The notes under the pieces were generated by a model that saw only the letters and a program-made list of their open reading frames with translations, made no database searches and was not told the origin of the DNA. This document shows positions 23,843 to 35,136 of a DNA stretch of 44,515 bases, one piece after another; position 1 is the stretch's first letter; each line of letters begins with the position of its first letter. The position numbers and the translations under genes are program-made. The stretch is taken from NCBI GenBank assembly GCA_030167865.1, contig JALAGF010003490.1, forward strand, positions 1 through 44,515. The letters are read 5' to 3'. The stretch is from Craspedostauros australis (Eukaryota).

Positions 23843-25191
23843 ATGGGAGACACGGTCAGCACGCTGCTTTTCCAGCCACCTCCTCCAACCAAGCTGAAGG
23901 AGAACAAGATCATATGGCTGAACACGAGCAGAGGGAAGCGCATCCCTGCCTTCTACATCAGCTATTCGGAAGACAGCGGGGAGGAGCAGTCAAGGTCCTT
24001 AACAACGAAAGAGTTAGAGCACACGCGGACAGATCGAGGGATAACGATACTGTACTCGCATGCCAACGCAGAGGATCTGGGGAGCATATATCCATGGTGC
24101 AAGTTCCTCAGCAAGATGCTGCGAGTCAACCTCCTTGCCTACGATTACACGGGATACGGAATGGCGTACGAAGAGGGTGAGTTCCTGTTTATCTTGCATA
24201 CCATCCCTTGCCTTGCCTTTGAGGTTTTAATCCGCAACTCAAGTGCGGAAAGTCCCGCCACCATGCTTCTCTCTCTTGCGACACAGCGTGGGTGAAGGGC
24301 GAACATGCCTCCAAACGATTTCGTTTTCGTCTTGCTCTGGGGGCATTCTTGCCCATGCTTCGATGCACTTGCAAGGCATCTTCTGCGTGCACGCACGACA
24401 ATCCAAACCAATGATTCAGCTCCATCCAATTCAAGGCAATTCAATTCAATGCGCTAACCCATTACTTCTCGCCTCCTCCCGCCTGCCCACCTTCACACGC
24501 TCCCTCACTCACTCTCTCTTCCACTCATTGACGAGCAGGAAGCCCATCTGAAGAGGATTGCTACGCTGATATCGAGGCTGCTTTCAAGTACCTTCGATTC
24601 AACCTCAACGTCCCATCAAAGAATATCGTCCTGTACGGCCGCTCGCTCGGATCGGGGCCATCCTGCTACATGGCTTCCGGCACCGCCGAGTCGGAGGATC
24701 CATCCATCGGTGGACCCGTCGGAGGCGTCATCCTCCACGCTCCCTTCCTCTCAGTATACCGCATCGTCATCGACCCTGGCTGCACTGTCTTCGGCGACAA
24801 GTTCCCAAACGTCGACTTCGCGCCCATGATCCGGTCGCCGCTCATCCTCGTGCACGGCACGGCAGATCAGATCGTTCCTTTCAACCACTCTGAGAGATTA
24901 TACGAAGCGCTTCCGCCGCAGTCGAGAGCCGAGCCGCTGTACATTGAGGGGATGGGACACAACAACGTGCACTCGGTCATCCGACCCATGTTTATCGCGA
25001 GATTGAATGAGTACCTGGAGACGCATGTCAGACCGAACCTGGAAGAGAAAGGCAATGGCAAGATGTCGAGACTATCGAAACAGCTGTCAGCGACGAACCG
25101 AAGAATGCTGGTGGATGGAAAGTACAGTGCGGACGGCAACGTCGCCAGGTCCACAGATGGACCAGTGCAGAGACGGAGACTGATCAGCTAA
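23843..25191 (+). CDS. ABHD17-like alpha/beta hydrolase (putative depalmitoylase family); exons 23843-24176, 24539-25191
   Basis: LLFQPPPP, ILYSHANAEDLG, YDYTGYG|..PSEEDCYADIEAAF, nucleophile elbow YGRSLGSG, VHGTADQIVP (Asp) and GMGHNN (His). The gtgagt..gagcag intron keeps the frame. Confidence 0.9.
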
Positions 25192-25685
25192 ACATGTTCA
25201 GTGCAGACGAACTCATGTAGCGTATTCAACGCATATAGAGAGGGATAAGGACAGCGGATGGGGCCTGCGAGTACAGATGAAGGTCACATCCCGTCCAAAC
25301 CAACGAAACAGCATCCGAACGCTGGCATATCTTGCTGCCGGTGTCACATACCAATACTACACTGTACCACTATAAACCATCAACATTGTACTTTAATCAC
25401 TCCAATGCTATTCTTGATCTCGAAGTGCAGTCGTAGTGCGGAGCCGCTGCTCCGGGTGCGCTGATAGATGAGCAGTCCCACCAAGAATCGTACTCGGACG
25501 TTGGCACATGGAGAGAACCGTGAGAGAATGCGACAAAGCAATGCTGTCTACCATTCTTCTCTACTCTGTGACTTTGGCAGCAATACAAAGTAGAAGGTAG
25601 GTGCGAGTAGGAGAGCAATGCTGCACTCAATGCGAATGTTGTTTACGTATGAATACATCGCACGACAACAAAAGCGTCGCGCGCC

Positions 25686-27304
25686 TCAATCACTGCTTGC
25701 CTCAGCATCTGCAGCAGCCTTGCGATGCATCGTGATGGGCATGTTCGTTCGCACTGATTCCACCAAACCGAGATCGATCTCGCAGGTCACAATGCATGGC
25801 GTGTTGTCTGCGACACCGTCCTCCAGCGTGGATTCGCCATGCACATCATCGCCGTACCTGTATCCGCCAGCATCCGCCAGCACCCTGCCCCACGGATCGA
25901 CCGCCAGAGCATGGCCGAAGCTCTGTCGTCTCGCATTGCTCTGCCCAACCTGCGCGGCTGCCAGCATGTAGCACTGCGATTCGATGGCGCGCGCCCGCAG
26001 CAGCGTGTGCCAATGCGCCATGCCCGTCGGGGTCGTGAATGCGGAGGGTGCCAGCAGGATCTGCGCACCCATGTCTTCCACGAGGCGCGTGTACATTTCT
26101 GGGAAGCGCATGTCGTAGCATGTGGAGATGCCGAGTTTGCCTGGTGTGGGAGATGGGATTGATCGTTGCGGAGTAGAGTGCAATAGTGTAGTAGCAACAA
26201 GAGAGACCGTTCATTGCGAGCGTGTGAGGGACGAGTGGAGGAAGCAGAGCAAGCATGTGTAGAAGTAGCCGATTGAGTCAATCCAAAATAGGGAGGAGAG
26301 AGGGAGAGACAGCATCTGCACAGAATAGACATTGCTGTAGCGTACACAGCAACATGTCCAACCTGAAAACAACCTTCCCCTTGGTGAACATCAGTCCTCA
26401 CAACTTCATTCATCGCCTCATCCCGAAATGCAAACTCCAGAACGCCTCGACAGACTCGTACATTCTCCGCACAAAAACAAATAGCCCCGCAAGCATCGAA
26501 CGCATCCCACGCTCGCACGTACGCACCGACGGGTGAATCACAAACGGCAAGCCGATTGCCAGGCGCAGTCGTTGCGCTCTCATGATAGTCTCTCTTGCCA
26601 GGGATGGATATGTCGAACAGATGAATCTTATCGTATCGACACCGAATGTTGCCATTGTCGTCGATGATGATGTGCGCGTTGTGCACGCGCTTCGTGCTGC
26701 CATCATCGTTGGTTTCTGCAACGATATGGACGCCGCCTGCCGAGATCCAAATGGATGCCTCACGGGCGATCGTTCGCAGTCCGTCCATCAGAAACACGCC
26801 ATCATTCAAGCCGCGCGTGTCGCCAGATGCTTGGCCTGATGTTGTTGATGCTTCTATCGTTTCGCTGCTGACCTGCTCGCCGTTGACTATCGATGTCAGC
26901 AAGTCGCTCACTGTGTCCGCATTCTTCAATTTCAAAACATCGTCGCCACCCTCGTCTGCGATGATCTCGGCATTCTCCAATGTCTGCGCCGAGCCTTCGC
27001 CAATGAATCCGGTGCACTCTGGAAGGAAGAGCATGGACGCGTTGGCTTGCTTCGCCAGGTACGCGCATCTGGAGACATCGCACAGGTTGGTGAGCTTGTT
27101 CCCAGTGGAAGTCTGCTGGGCGATGGCAGCAATCGCCTTCTTGGCTGAAGCAGTGCCCACATCCATGTTTCTTGCTGTCATGCCTGTGGCTGTTGACATG
27201 GATGCCCTCACCGACGTGAATGTCGTCGTCGACAGGCACCTTTCCAAGGCTGGTGATAGATGAATCGCACAGAACGCTCCACGCACGAGCCTCGTCGAGA
27301 TCAT
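25686..27304 (-). CDS. NIT1: Nitrilase-superfamily amidase, NIT1-like (deaminated glutathione amidase); exons 27304-26527, 26140-25686
   Basis: The Glu-Lys-Cys triad motifs FLPEC, YDKIHLFD and G|KLGISTCYDMRFPE are present, plus the NIT1-typical PSAFTTPTGMAHWHTLLRARAIESQCY and GHALAVDPWG. The intron is gtgcgt..caccag. Confidence 0.88.
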
Positions 27305-27907
27305 GTACCTGCGACCTTGGCGTTGGCGTTGGCGATAGAGTCGACAACGGTATGATAGGACGTACGCGATCCAATCTGCGTTCTTCCCCGTTTCAGCTCG
27401 AGAGAAATGAACACCGTTGGCTTCTTGCTCGGAGTTGCAGATGAAGATGCTTGGCGAGGATTAGATCGTTTAGTATGGCGCAACATGATCATGAATGGTG
27501 GTTGACCAAGACCAAGACCAAGACCAACGCCTTCGGCGCTCTGTGGTCTGGATCTGCGAGCAGATGCTGGTGTCGTTTTTCCGGAGAACCGCTTCTCTGA
27601 TTTTCCCACTTCCGACCAAATCGACTGGATTGAAGCCACGTTTCGACACGATTCATTCGCGCTTTGGGACTCGAGTATGAGGTTCTGATACAGACTCTTT
27701 GGATTTGAATGGGAAAGATTCAACATGTTGAACGCATCAAACGAACAAACGCGCTTTGCTGGCCATCCCAAGGAGAACGTCCGCACTCTGACAACATGGT
27801 CAACCCACAATGCACAAGACCGAGCCACTGGAATCTCATCTGCATACCTGTGCATGTCATCCCAATCGAGACTCCGCAAGTGCATGTAGATCGAAACAAA
27901 AAGCAGG

Positions 27908-30211
27908 ATGGTGTTGCTGGAGCGGATGGTGATGAGATCGCTTCCCAGATCAGCCCAAGATCCCAGGCTTCTATCGCGGTGTGTGGTGCAATCCAGCTGC
28001 GCTGCACAGATTAGGTTTGCAACAGCGTCTGCTCTTGCTTCGCGGATCTCGTTGTCAAGGTCGCCTGCTGAAGAGACGACGATTCATCCCAGCAAGAGAA
28101 TCAGGTCGATCCATGGCTCTCCTCGGATCAGCCGCATCTACCCGAAGCCTTCTCCAATGGGTTCAACTACTTTCGTAACCACAGGCGCGAGTCATGGTCG
28201 ATACCATCCAAGGCGACACCAATCCCAACATAGCCACGCCTACAGCACCACAAGCTGTTGCCATCAGAGCGATGATCATGATGGCATGTCAAGGACTACC
28301 GACGGTACCAGCAGGCTCGATCTTCTGGACGTCGTCGACAGGCTTGTGCTCTCATTAACCCAGCCCAAGCTCATCATTGATAGATCCATCTCAAATGTAT
28401 CATCGAGTTCATCCGATTCACCGACGGAGGCAGCAGCGTCAGCCCTCCACGAATCCTCGTACAATGATGCAACGAGCGAGGCCCATTACGATCACAACGT
28501 AACGAGAATCAAGCATCGTCAGAGCTCTGTCCATCCATCAGATCAGAAAAGTGCAGGATATGCGGCGAGCATCAACGCGGCCGAGTTGGCAAGAATTGTT
28601 TGCAAACAATACAAGACGCTGGCTGCAATCAGGTTCCAGATCCAACCAGATATGCAAGCCAATCCATGCCAACGATCGCGCATCATCCACTTCCTTGCCG
28701 TAGAGTGCGTCCCGAGCGAAGAGGTCGTAAGAACGGCGGCAAGCACCTGTCTCAGCAACCGAACCATCAGCCGTGCAGCCCTGTCCGCTGCGATCCAGCC
28801 GCGGTACCAGGCGCTGGTGGAGTATCTGTTCGAGCAGAGCGCTCTGGATGGTATGCAATTCCTCATCGAGCTTCGGCAGGATCTTCTGTATGTGATGCGC
28901 CATGTGAGACAGCCGGCGCAAGCGCGGGTCGCTAATGATGCAAGGGCTGAGAGCGTGGCCAATTCCAAACATGATGATGATGATACACGATTGGAGGATC
29001 ATGATGACAACGATGAGCATTGTCGGAGGCAGCTGCAAGTCCAACTGCAGGAATTCGACTCCTTCTTGCGGCAGTTCATCGCGCCATGGTTTAGCCAAGG
29101 TATGCTTCAGACCTCACGCATCACGTACCAGCATTCGCCAGCATCGGTCATCGAAAAGATCGCCAAGAAAGAAGCGGTGCACCCGATGCGGAGCCTGGAT
29201 GATCTGCGGACTCGGCTCGGTCCCAAGCATCGGGTCTTCAGCCTATTCCACCCGCTTCTTCCCAATAACCCAATCGTATTCGTTCATGTTTCGCTGCAGG
29301 AATCGGACACGACACCAGCATCCATGGCTCAAGTCATGGGAAAGAAACAAAACAGTGCCGACAATAGCAGCAGCAGCGCTGTGCAGCCCAAACTCGCAGC
29401 ATTCTATTCCATCTCGAATGCCCAGCCGGGATTGGCAGGCATCGGCCTCGGCGAGTTCCTGATCAAAGACTCCATTCGATTGCTGCAATCAGAGTTCCCT
29501 AATTGCATCCAATCCTTCGTGACGCTCAGTCCCGTGCCGCAGTTTCGGCGATGGATGAGGACCAAGCTGCAGCAGCAACTGCAGCCATCGAGTCCGTTCC
29601 ACGATGATACGTTTGTGACATTGGAAGATGTGCGAGATCTGGAAGCCGCAGGGTATCTGCCAACTAATTCCTTTGCGGCCAGTGATGCGCAAGCTGCAGT
29701 CAGCTCAACTTCCATCAGTGGCGATGCTGCCGTGGCACAGGCGCTTGCGGATATGTTCGCTGCACTGGACACATCCATCGGCAATGTCACCAATGAAAAA
29801 GATGATGCCAGTATCCGTCGCGGCATTGAAACGTATCGAGACACTCCGGTAGAGAGCATTCTGATGAGATTCGTGGCGAGATACCTGTGTCTTGAGAAGC
29901 GACGTCGCAAACCGCTGGACGCGGTCGCCAGATTCCATCTTGGCAATGGTGCCTCACTGCACCGGATCAACTTCGCGGCCGATGTGAGCCGCAAAGGATT
30001 GAGATCGAGCTACGGCATCATGGTCAACTACCTCTACGATCTCAATACCGTCGCAGCCAAGCAGCAGGAATTCGAGTTTGATCACGAGATTCCAAAGTCG
30101 CGGTCTGTATCCCATTTGCTGCCGCGTGACTCGGAACAGGACCAGCAGCGCCAGCGGCACCCATCCGACGCCAAGAGCAGCGCGTCTCCGCAGCTCCCCT
30201 CCAAGCTTTAG
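27908..30211 (+). CDS. MLYCD: Malonyl-CoA decarboxylase with N-terminal presequence-like extension and C-terminal SKL
   Basis: Family motifs EKIAKKEAVHP, FYSISNAQPGLAGIGLGEFLIK, TLSPVPQF, DAVARFHLGNGA and SYGIMVNYLY in a single 767-aa ORF. Confidence 0.92.
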   Translation: MVLLERMVMRSLPRSAQDPRLLSRCVVQSSCAAQIRFATASALASRISLSRSPAEETTIHPSKRIRSIHGSPRISRIYPKPSPMGSTTFVTTGASHGRYHPRRHQSQHSHAYSTTSCCHQSDDHDGMSRTTDGTSRLDLLDVVDRLVLSLTQPKLIIDRSISNVSSSSSDSPTEAAASALHESSYNDATSEAHYDHNVTRIKHRQSSVHPSDQKSAGYAASINAAELARIVCKQYKTLAAIRFQIQPDMQANPCQRSRIIHFLAVECVPSEEVVRTAASTCLSNRTISRAALSAAIQPRYQALVEYLFEQSALDGMQFLIELRQDLLYVMRHVRQPAQARVANDARAESVANSKHDDDDTRLEDHDDNDEHCRRQLQVQLQEFDSFLRQFIAPWFSQGMLQTSRITYQHSPASVIEKIAKKEAVHPMRSLDDLRTRLGPKHRVFSLFHPLLPNNPIVFVHVSLQESDTTPASMAQVMGKKQNSADNSSSSAVQPKLAAFYSISNAQPGLAGIGLGEFLIKDSIRLLQSEFPNCIQSFVTLSPVPQFRRWMRTKLQQQLQPSSPFHDDTFVTLEDVRDLEAAGYLPTNSFAASDAQAAVSSTSISGDAAVAQALADMFAALDTSIGNVTNEKDDASIRRGIETYRDTPVESILMRFVARYLCLEKRRRKPLDAVARFHLGNGASLHRINFAADVSRKGLRSSYGIMVNYLYDLNTVAAKQQEFEFDHEIPKSRSVSHLLPRDSEQDQQRQRHPSDAKSSASPQLPSKL

Positions 30212-30696
30212 CAGGTATTATATAATATAGCAAAACATGACAGAGTGCTCGTAAGTGGAGGTGGATAGTATGGGTATACCGGAGCACTCGTCCGAGCTAC
30301 TCCTATGAGTAGAACACGGCACGGTACCACACCACATTCATCTGCCGCAGCCAAGAACACGCGTTTCCTCAACTTCCAATCCACGTCTGCGACTCGCTGA
30401 ACAATAATGGACATGTCCACGTTTGAATCCAGTCGACGAATGGCTTCGTCTGACCTTCATCCGATGCCCGATTTTGTTACCACTTCCCGCTTACTCGGAT
30501 CGCGTCGATGCGACAGTCTGTCATGCGTCGGTTGTCGCCGCGCCAAACCAACAACAGGACAAACAAGAGACAGCACCGAAACAGGAAGCAACACCAGCAC
30601 CATCCTTGACCCCACCTCCGTTGCCTTCCAACGCCCCCGACTTCACCAACCCATAATCCCTTCCTTTTTTCTTTCCCCCGTGTTTTCGTCGGAACC

Positions 30697-31785
30697 ATGA
30701 GCGACTCTACCGTACTCATCAAGACCCGCAAGTTCAAGCGCAATCCTTTGCTTGCGCGCAAGCAGGTGTGTGGATGAACTGGCGAAAGCCCAGGTCCGAT
30801 CAACTGATGATGATTCGAGCAGAAGTCGCACGTAGCTCTTATGGGCAACCACGAGATGGCGATGGGAGCGAAGGGTTCATGAAGACGCGGCCATGTCGTA
30901 ACCTCTTCTGGCCCTCTGCTGCATCGCGTCTCGTGTTGAACCGTGGTTCACATCAACAACAGCAGTAGCAACAGCAGCACAACACAACAGGTTTCAACGC
31001 TCGGTAACAGCCAAACTCACTCAAGCCAAGGACCGTGTCACAGTCCGCGCCAAGGGTTCGCTTGCATCAGGTCGCAACGCGTACGGTTGGTGGAGGAAAG
31101 TGCGGGTGCAGGGAGGAGAGAGAAGTGCTTGCCAATGTGGAACTTCTGCTGCCCGAAATGGCACGAAAGTGCGCATACGCTATCTCATCCAGGCTGCCGA
31201 AGTGCCATTGAAGCGGAACTGTTGGTTTGTACATGCTGGATGCGTGCAGTTGAAGAACACGTTGCGGTGTGACTATCTACGACAACCATCATTCCAGGAA
31301 ATGAGAAGGATACAGTTGAATTCAAGCTCGAAGAGTGAAGGAGCAAATGATGACTTCTGCAGAACCGTGATGCTCACAAACGCTTCCTTTCCTTCTCTGC
31401 CGTCCACAAACAATTGCTGCTGTTATTCTCACCAACATCACAGATGATCATCGATGTCATCCATCCAGGACGTGCCAACGTCGCCAAGAGCGAGTTGTGC
31501 GAGCTCCTTGCTGGTATGTACAAGTCCGATGCCAAGCTCACCACCGTCTTCGGATTCAAGACCGCCTTCGGAGGTGGCAAGTCCACTGGATTCTGCCTCA
31601 TCTACGACGACGAGGATTCCATGCTGAAGTTCGAGCCAAAGTACCGTCTTGTCCGCAAGGGTGCCATCAAGGCCAAGGAGTACTCCCGCAAGGCCATCAA
31701 GGAGGCAAAGAACAAGAGGCTCAAGATCCGCGGTACTGGTGCGAGCATTGCCAAGCACAAGGCCAAGCGTGCCGGAGACGATTAA
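30697..31785 (+). CDS. RPS24: 40S ribosomal protein S24 (eS24); exons 30697-30765, 31444-31785
   Basis: MSDSTVLIKTRKFKRNPLLARKQ|MIIDVIHPGRANV..VFGFKTAFGGGKSTGFCLIYD..KFEPKYRLVR. The 678-nt intron is gtgtgt..catcacag. Codon usage is strongly biased, as expected for a highly expressed gene. Confidence 0.96.
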
Positions 31786-32197
31786 GCAATAAGCATCGTG
31801 TTCAACAAACACTAAACACACAACAACTGTCTCATCATGCGCGGAGCATTCCCGCAATGATGATGGCTTTCATGACATCAATAGACACGTCTGTAGAGTA
31901 CATACACAAGCACACAGTCCCTTCTTCTTGATGTCCTCCCAGAGTCTCTCTATCGCGAGGGGGAGAGGTTCATTGACGATCAACTGTTGGCATCGAACTG
32001 ATCTTTGCGCTGTCCCAAGTCTGCTCATTGAAATGCTCTTGATACAACTGTTTGCGCTGAATGAATTCAATCATCACGCCATTCGATCCGATGTTACACG
32101 GTCTTCAAGCTTAATGCGGGACCACAGAGAAGGCAAGGAATGGCCTGCTCTCTCCCTCTCTCTCTCTCTCTCTAAAAGATGATGATCCTACTAGACT

Positions 32198-33426
32198 TTA
32201 GTCCTCCTTTGGCTGTCCGGCAACGGAGACCAGATTGATGCAGTACCTGTTGCCCGAACCATCTGGAATGTTGTGTCCAAGGTGCGTTCCGGTCTGGCTC
32301 ACGCATTCACCGTCGCGGAGGCAACGAACATGGTCCCAGTTGCATTCCTCATCGCGGAAAGATGGCCTGCGTACGTGCGAGTATGTATGGTACGGTCCGA
32401 GTGCAATGAACATCCATCACAGAGTACGTCGTTTCCGTATTGCGATTTTGCGTCGGAGTATGAGCATGACCGAAGATTGCAGAGCATGCAAATGGCAGAA
32501 ACGCAAGCGAAGCATCGCAGCATCACCACAACCGTTGACCATGTGTGACGTGAATTCGGCCATTGCGATTATCCGTTTCAAGCGATATACACATCCAAAT
32601 TCGCAACCACAGCCCATTGCATTGCAATGAGAGCGTACCAACGGGCGCAAAAGCAAAAGTAGAATGCAATGCAAAGCATCGAAGTTGACAGTGAGTTCAT
32701 GTTGATGCTCATGCTTTCCAGCCATTGCGTGGATCTGATATGTTTCACCCAACCACAAGGCCTCATCCAGGTCTCTCGAGGTCACACAGCTCGCGACAAC
32801 TCATCATTGCTGTGGCAACAGCAACGTCATGGCAGGATCCAACCCGTCATGAGATCACAGTCGAAACCTTCTGCCCCCCACTCCTCTCTTCTCCTCCTAT
32901 GCCAAAAGCTACCGCTCATCCCAAATCGACAACACAAGACGCATTGGCATCGCTGCACTCACCATCCGTGGCTCTGGCTCTCCTTGACGAATTCCTCCAT
33001 CGTTCTTCCGACCGGAGCAGTGAACAGAAGCTCGCCTGTGACGGAGTCATAGAACTTGATTGGCAGCTCCTCGTTGGGGATGCTCTTGAGAAAGTCGGTG
33101 GACGTCCAGTAGCCAGCGTACTCCGCGTAATGACGATTGAAGTTGCAAATGCGATCGGCGGTGTCGAAGTCGCAGTTCCATCGCAGATCCTTCTGCACTG
33201 GCTTCTCCGAAGTGCCGTGGGCCTTCTTCGACATGACGCTCTCCTCGGCGTACACGGGATACTTGCTATCCGAGGCAGGGGAGCTGAAGAGATTGAACAG
33301 ACCGCGTTGTGTGGAACCGCTCTTGGCTCCGAAGGGAGCGCCGGACTTGCTGGCGAACGATGGGCGCGTGAACGCGTTCACCTGGAACGCGAGCGCGAGG
33401 AGGGTGCATGGCTTGGTCAGCTTCAT
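32198..33426 (-). CDS. msrB: Peptide methionine-R-sulfoxide reductase MsrB, predicted plastid-targeted; exons 33426-32963, 32366-32198
   Basis: SHGW|PSFRD is joined across a gtgagt..acgcag intron, followed by HLGHNIPD and the catalytic RYCIN. The N-terminal signal peptide ends in VNA-FT (ASAFAP-type). Confidence 0.9.
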
Positions 33427-34170
33427 CTTTGTCTTTGTCTATGTCCTTGTGATTTGATGCTTTCGTACGAAGTACTTTGGGATTGTGTGTTTGTGGTGGG
33501 ATGAACGAGAAGGTGCGGTTACGGATGAAGATGCAGATGGATCTTCGATGACGTCTTCCGATCGATGTGGAAACCATTCTGTGTGTAGTGTCGCGATGAC
33601 GCTGTCGTGTTGGTGTGCCGACCAACGCAGCGGAGCGCACTCTGTTCGTAGTCGTATCTTCTCGTTCGTTCTGTGCGTGACTGCATCAAACATGAATCAA
33701 TCCAAGAGAACACTCCACTCGACTCGTCTGACTAAATGTGATGAAGCTGTACACGTCTGAGAAGATTGATTGATGTGCACGACTGGAAGTGCAAGCAAGA
33801 AAACAACACCAAACCGGAACATGAATCGTGGGAATGCATGATGATCAACGCTGGCGCTGCGCTGTAGCATGGCAACATCAGTCTGCGGGTACGACGTCCC
33901 CCATCTGCACGTGGGCCCATGTTTGTGTTCATGTGTGAGCTCAGAGTAGTGGATCAGTGCATGATGGTCGAAGTGGCAACGCCATTGTCCAATTCAGCGA
34001 TGAAGATGAGAGCAGTAGCGTGTTTTGGACTATTTCTCTGCGCGAAGAACAAACCATCGCTCACAATTTCGCCACAGTTGCTGTTTACATCCTCTGCCCA
34101 ACGTTTCCAGACACTTCTCCTTCCTCTCACTGACACACCAACACGTACATCTTTGCCTCCAGTGAAAGCC

Positions 34171-35136
34171 ATGAAGACGAGATCGAGCAAGGAAGCGAGC
34201 CAGAAGCGCAAGACACCAAGTCAGGTTGGAAAATCCAAGACCAAGAACAAGCGCACCGTAGCAGAGACGTCATCGAAGGTATGTACGAGCAAGACGCATA
34301 TGTGCAACCATACCAACAAGTATTATACAAACGTGTGGAATGGGCAAAAGAGATCGGATGGAATCAGTTCTTGCTTCTACTTCTCGATGGATGACAGTTC
34401 ACTTCCCCTCTCCACTCGAGCGGGCATCTGTTTGCTCGTTCTCGTGCATACTTGCGTGTTCACTCACGCACTCGCGCACCCATCCATCTATTCATCCATC
34501 CATTCATTCATACATTCATACGCATAATACGTTCATGGCAACAACTGATGCTTCTCTCCAGCCTGACACGAGTGGCACGACAACCATACACCCAGATCAC
34601 AAGGGCAAGAAGTACCGCTTCTTTTACGGAAAGGAATCTCCATTCAGCAATTTCCATCCTGCTTCCTTCCAAGACAAGGACGGTGTCTCCTTCTTCTGCT
34701 CCGAGCAATGCTTCATGTACGGCAAGGCCACCATGTTTCAGGATGAAGAGATGCAAAGGCCATCCGTGCCGAATCCGTCTCACCCGCGCGCTGCAAGAGG
34801 TTCGGCAGGAAGGTGCAGAACTTTGACGTTCAGGTGTGGAATAACAAGTGCCGATCGGTCATGGAGACTGCGTGCTACTACAAGTTCTCGCAGAATGACG
34901 ATCTCAAAGCAGCCCTGCTCGAGACGGGAGACAGCGAGATTGTGGAAGCGGCACCTCGTGATTTTCGATGGGGCATCGGGTATGGCAAGGCGCGAGCCTT
35001 GACATTGCCACGTGCCAAGTGGGGTCGGAATTGGCTCGGTTTGGTATTGATGAGGGTTCGCGCGACGATCCGATCCGAGTTAGATGGCGATGAGGAGGCT
35101 GTGGAGACAAACACAGACGAAGGTGCAGAAGATTGA
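34171..35136 (+). CDS. NADAR/YbiA-like (DUF1768) N-glycosidase, interrupted by a 1-nt frameshift near 34753; exons 34171-34278, 34562-35136
   Basis: FFYGKESPFSNFHP..SEQCFMYGKA lies in one frame; KRFGRKVQNFD..KFSQNDDLKAALLETG..VEAAPRDFRWGIG..GRNWLGLVLMRVR lies in another. The intron gtatgt..ctccag links a basic first exon. Confidence 0.82.

Noticed and set aside
32367-32962. snoRNA in the 596-nt MsrB intron (box C-like ATGATGA on the minus strand at 32801-32807)
   Set aside because: I found no downstream CTGA box D or closing stem at a suitable distance.
32959-32963. In-frame TGA after SHGW in MsrB as a selenocysteine codon
   Set aside because: The TGA is part of the GTGAGT splice donor. Splicing restores GWPSF and the catalytic residue is Cys.
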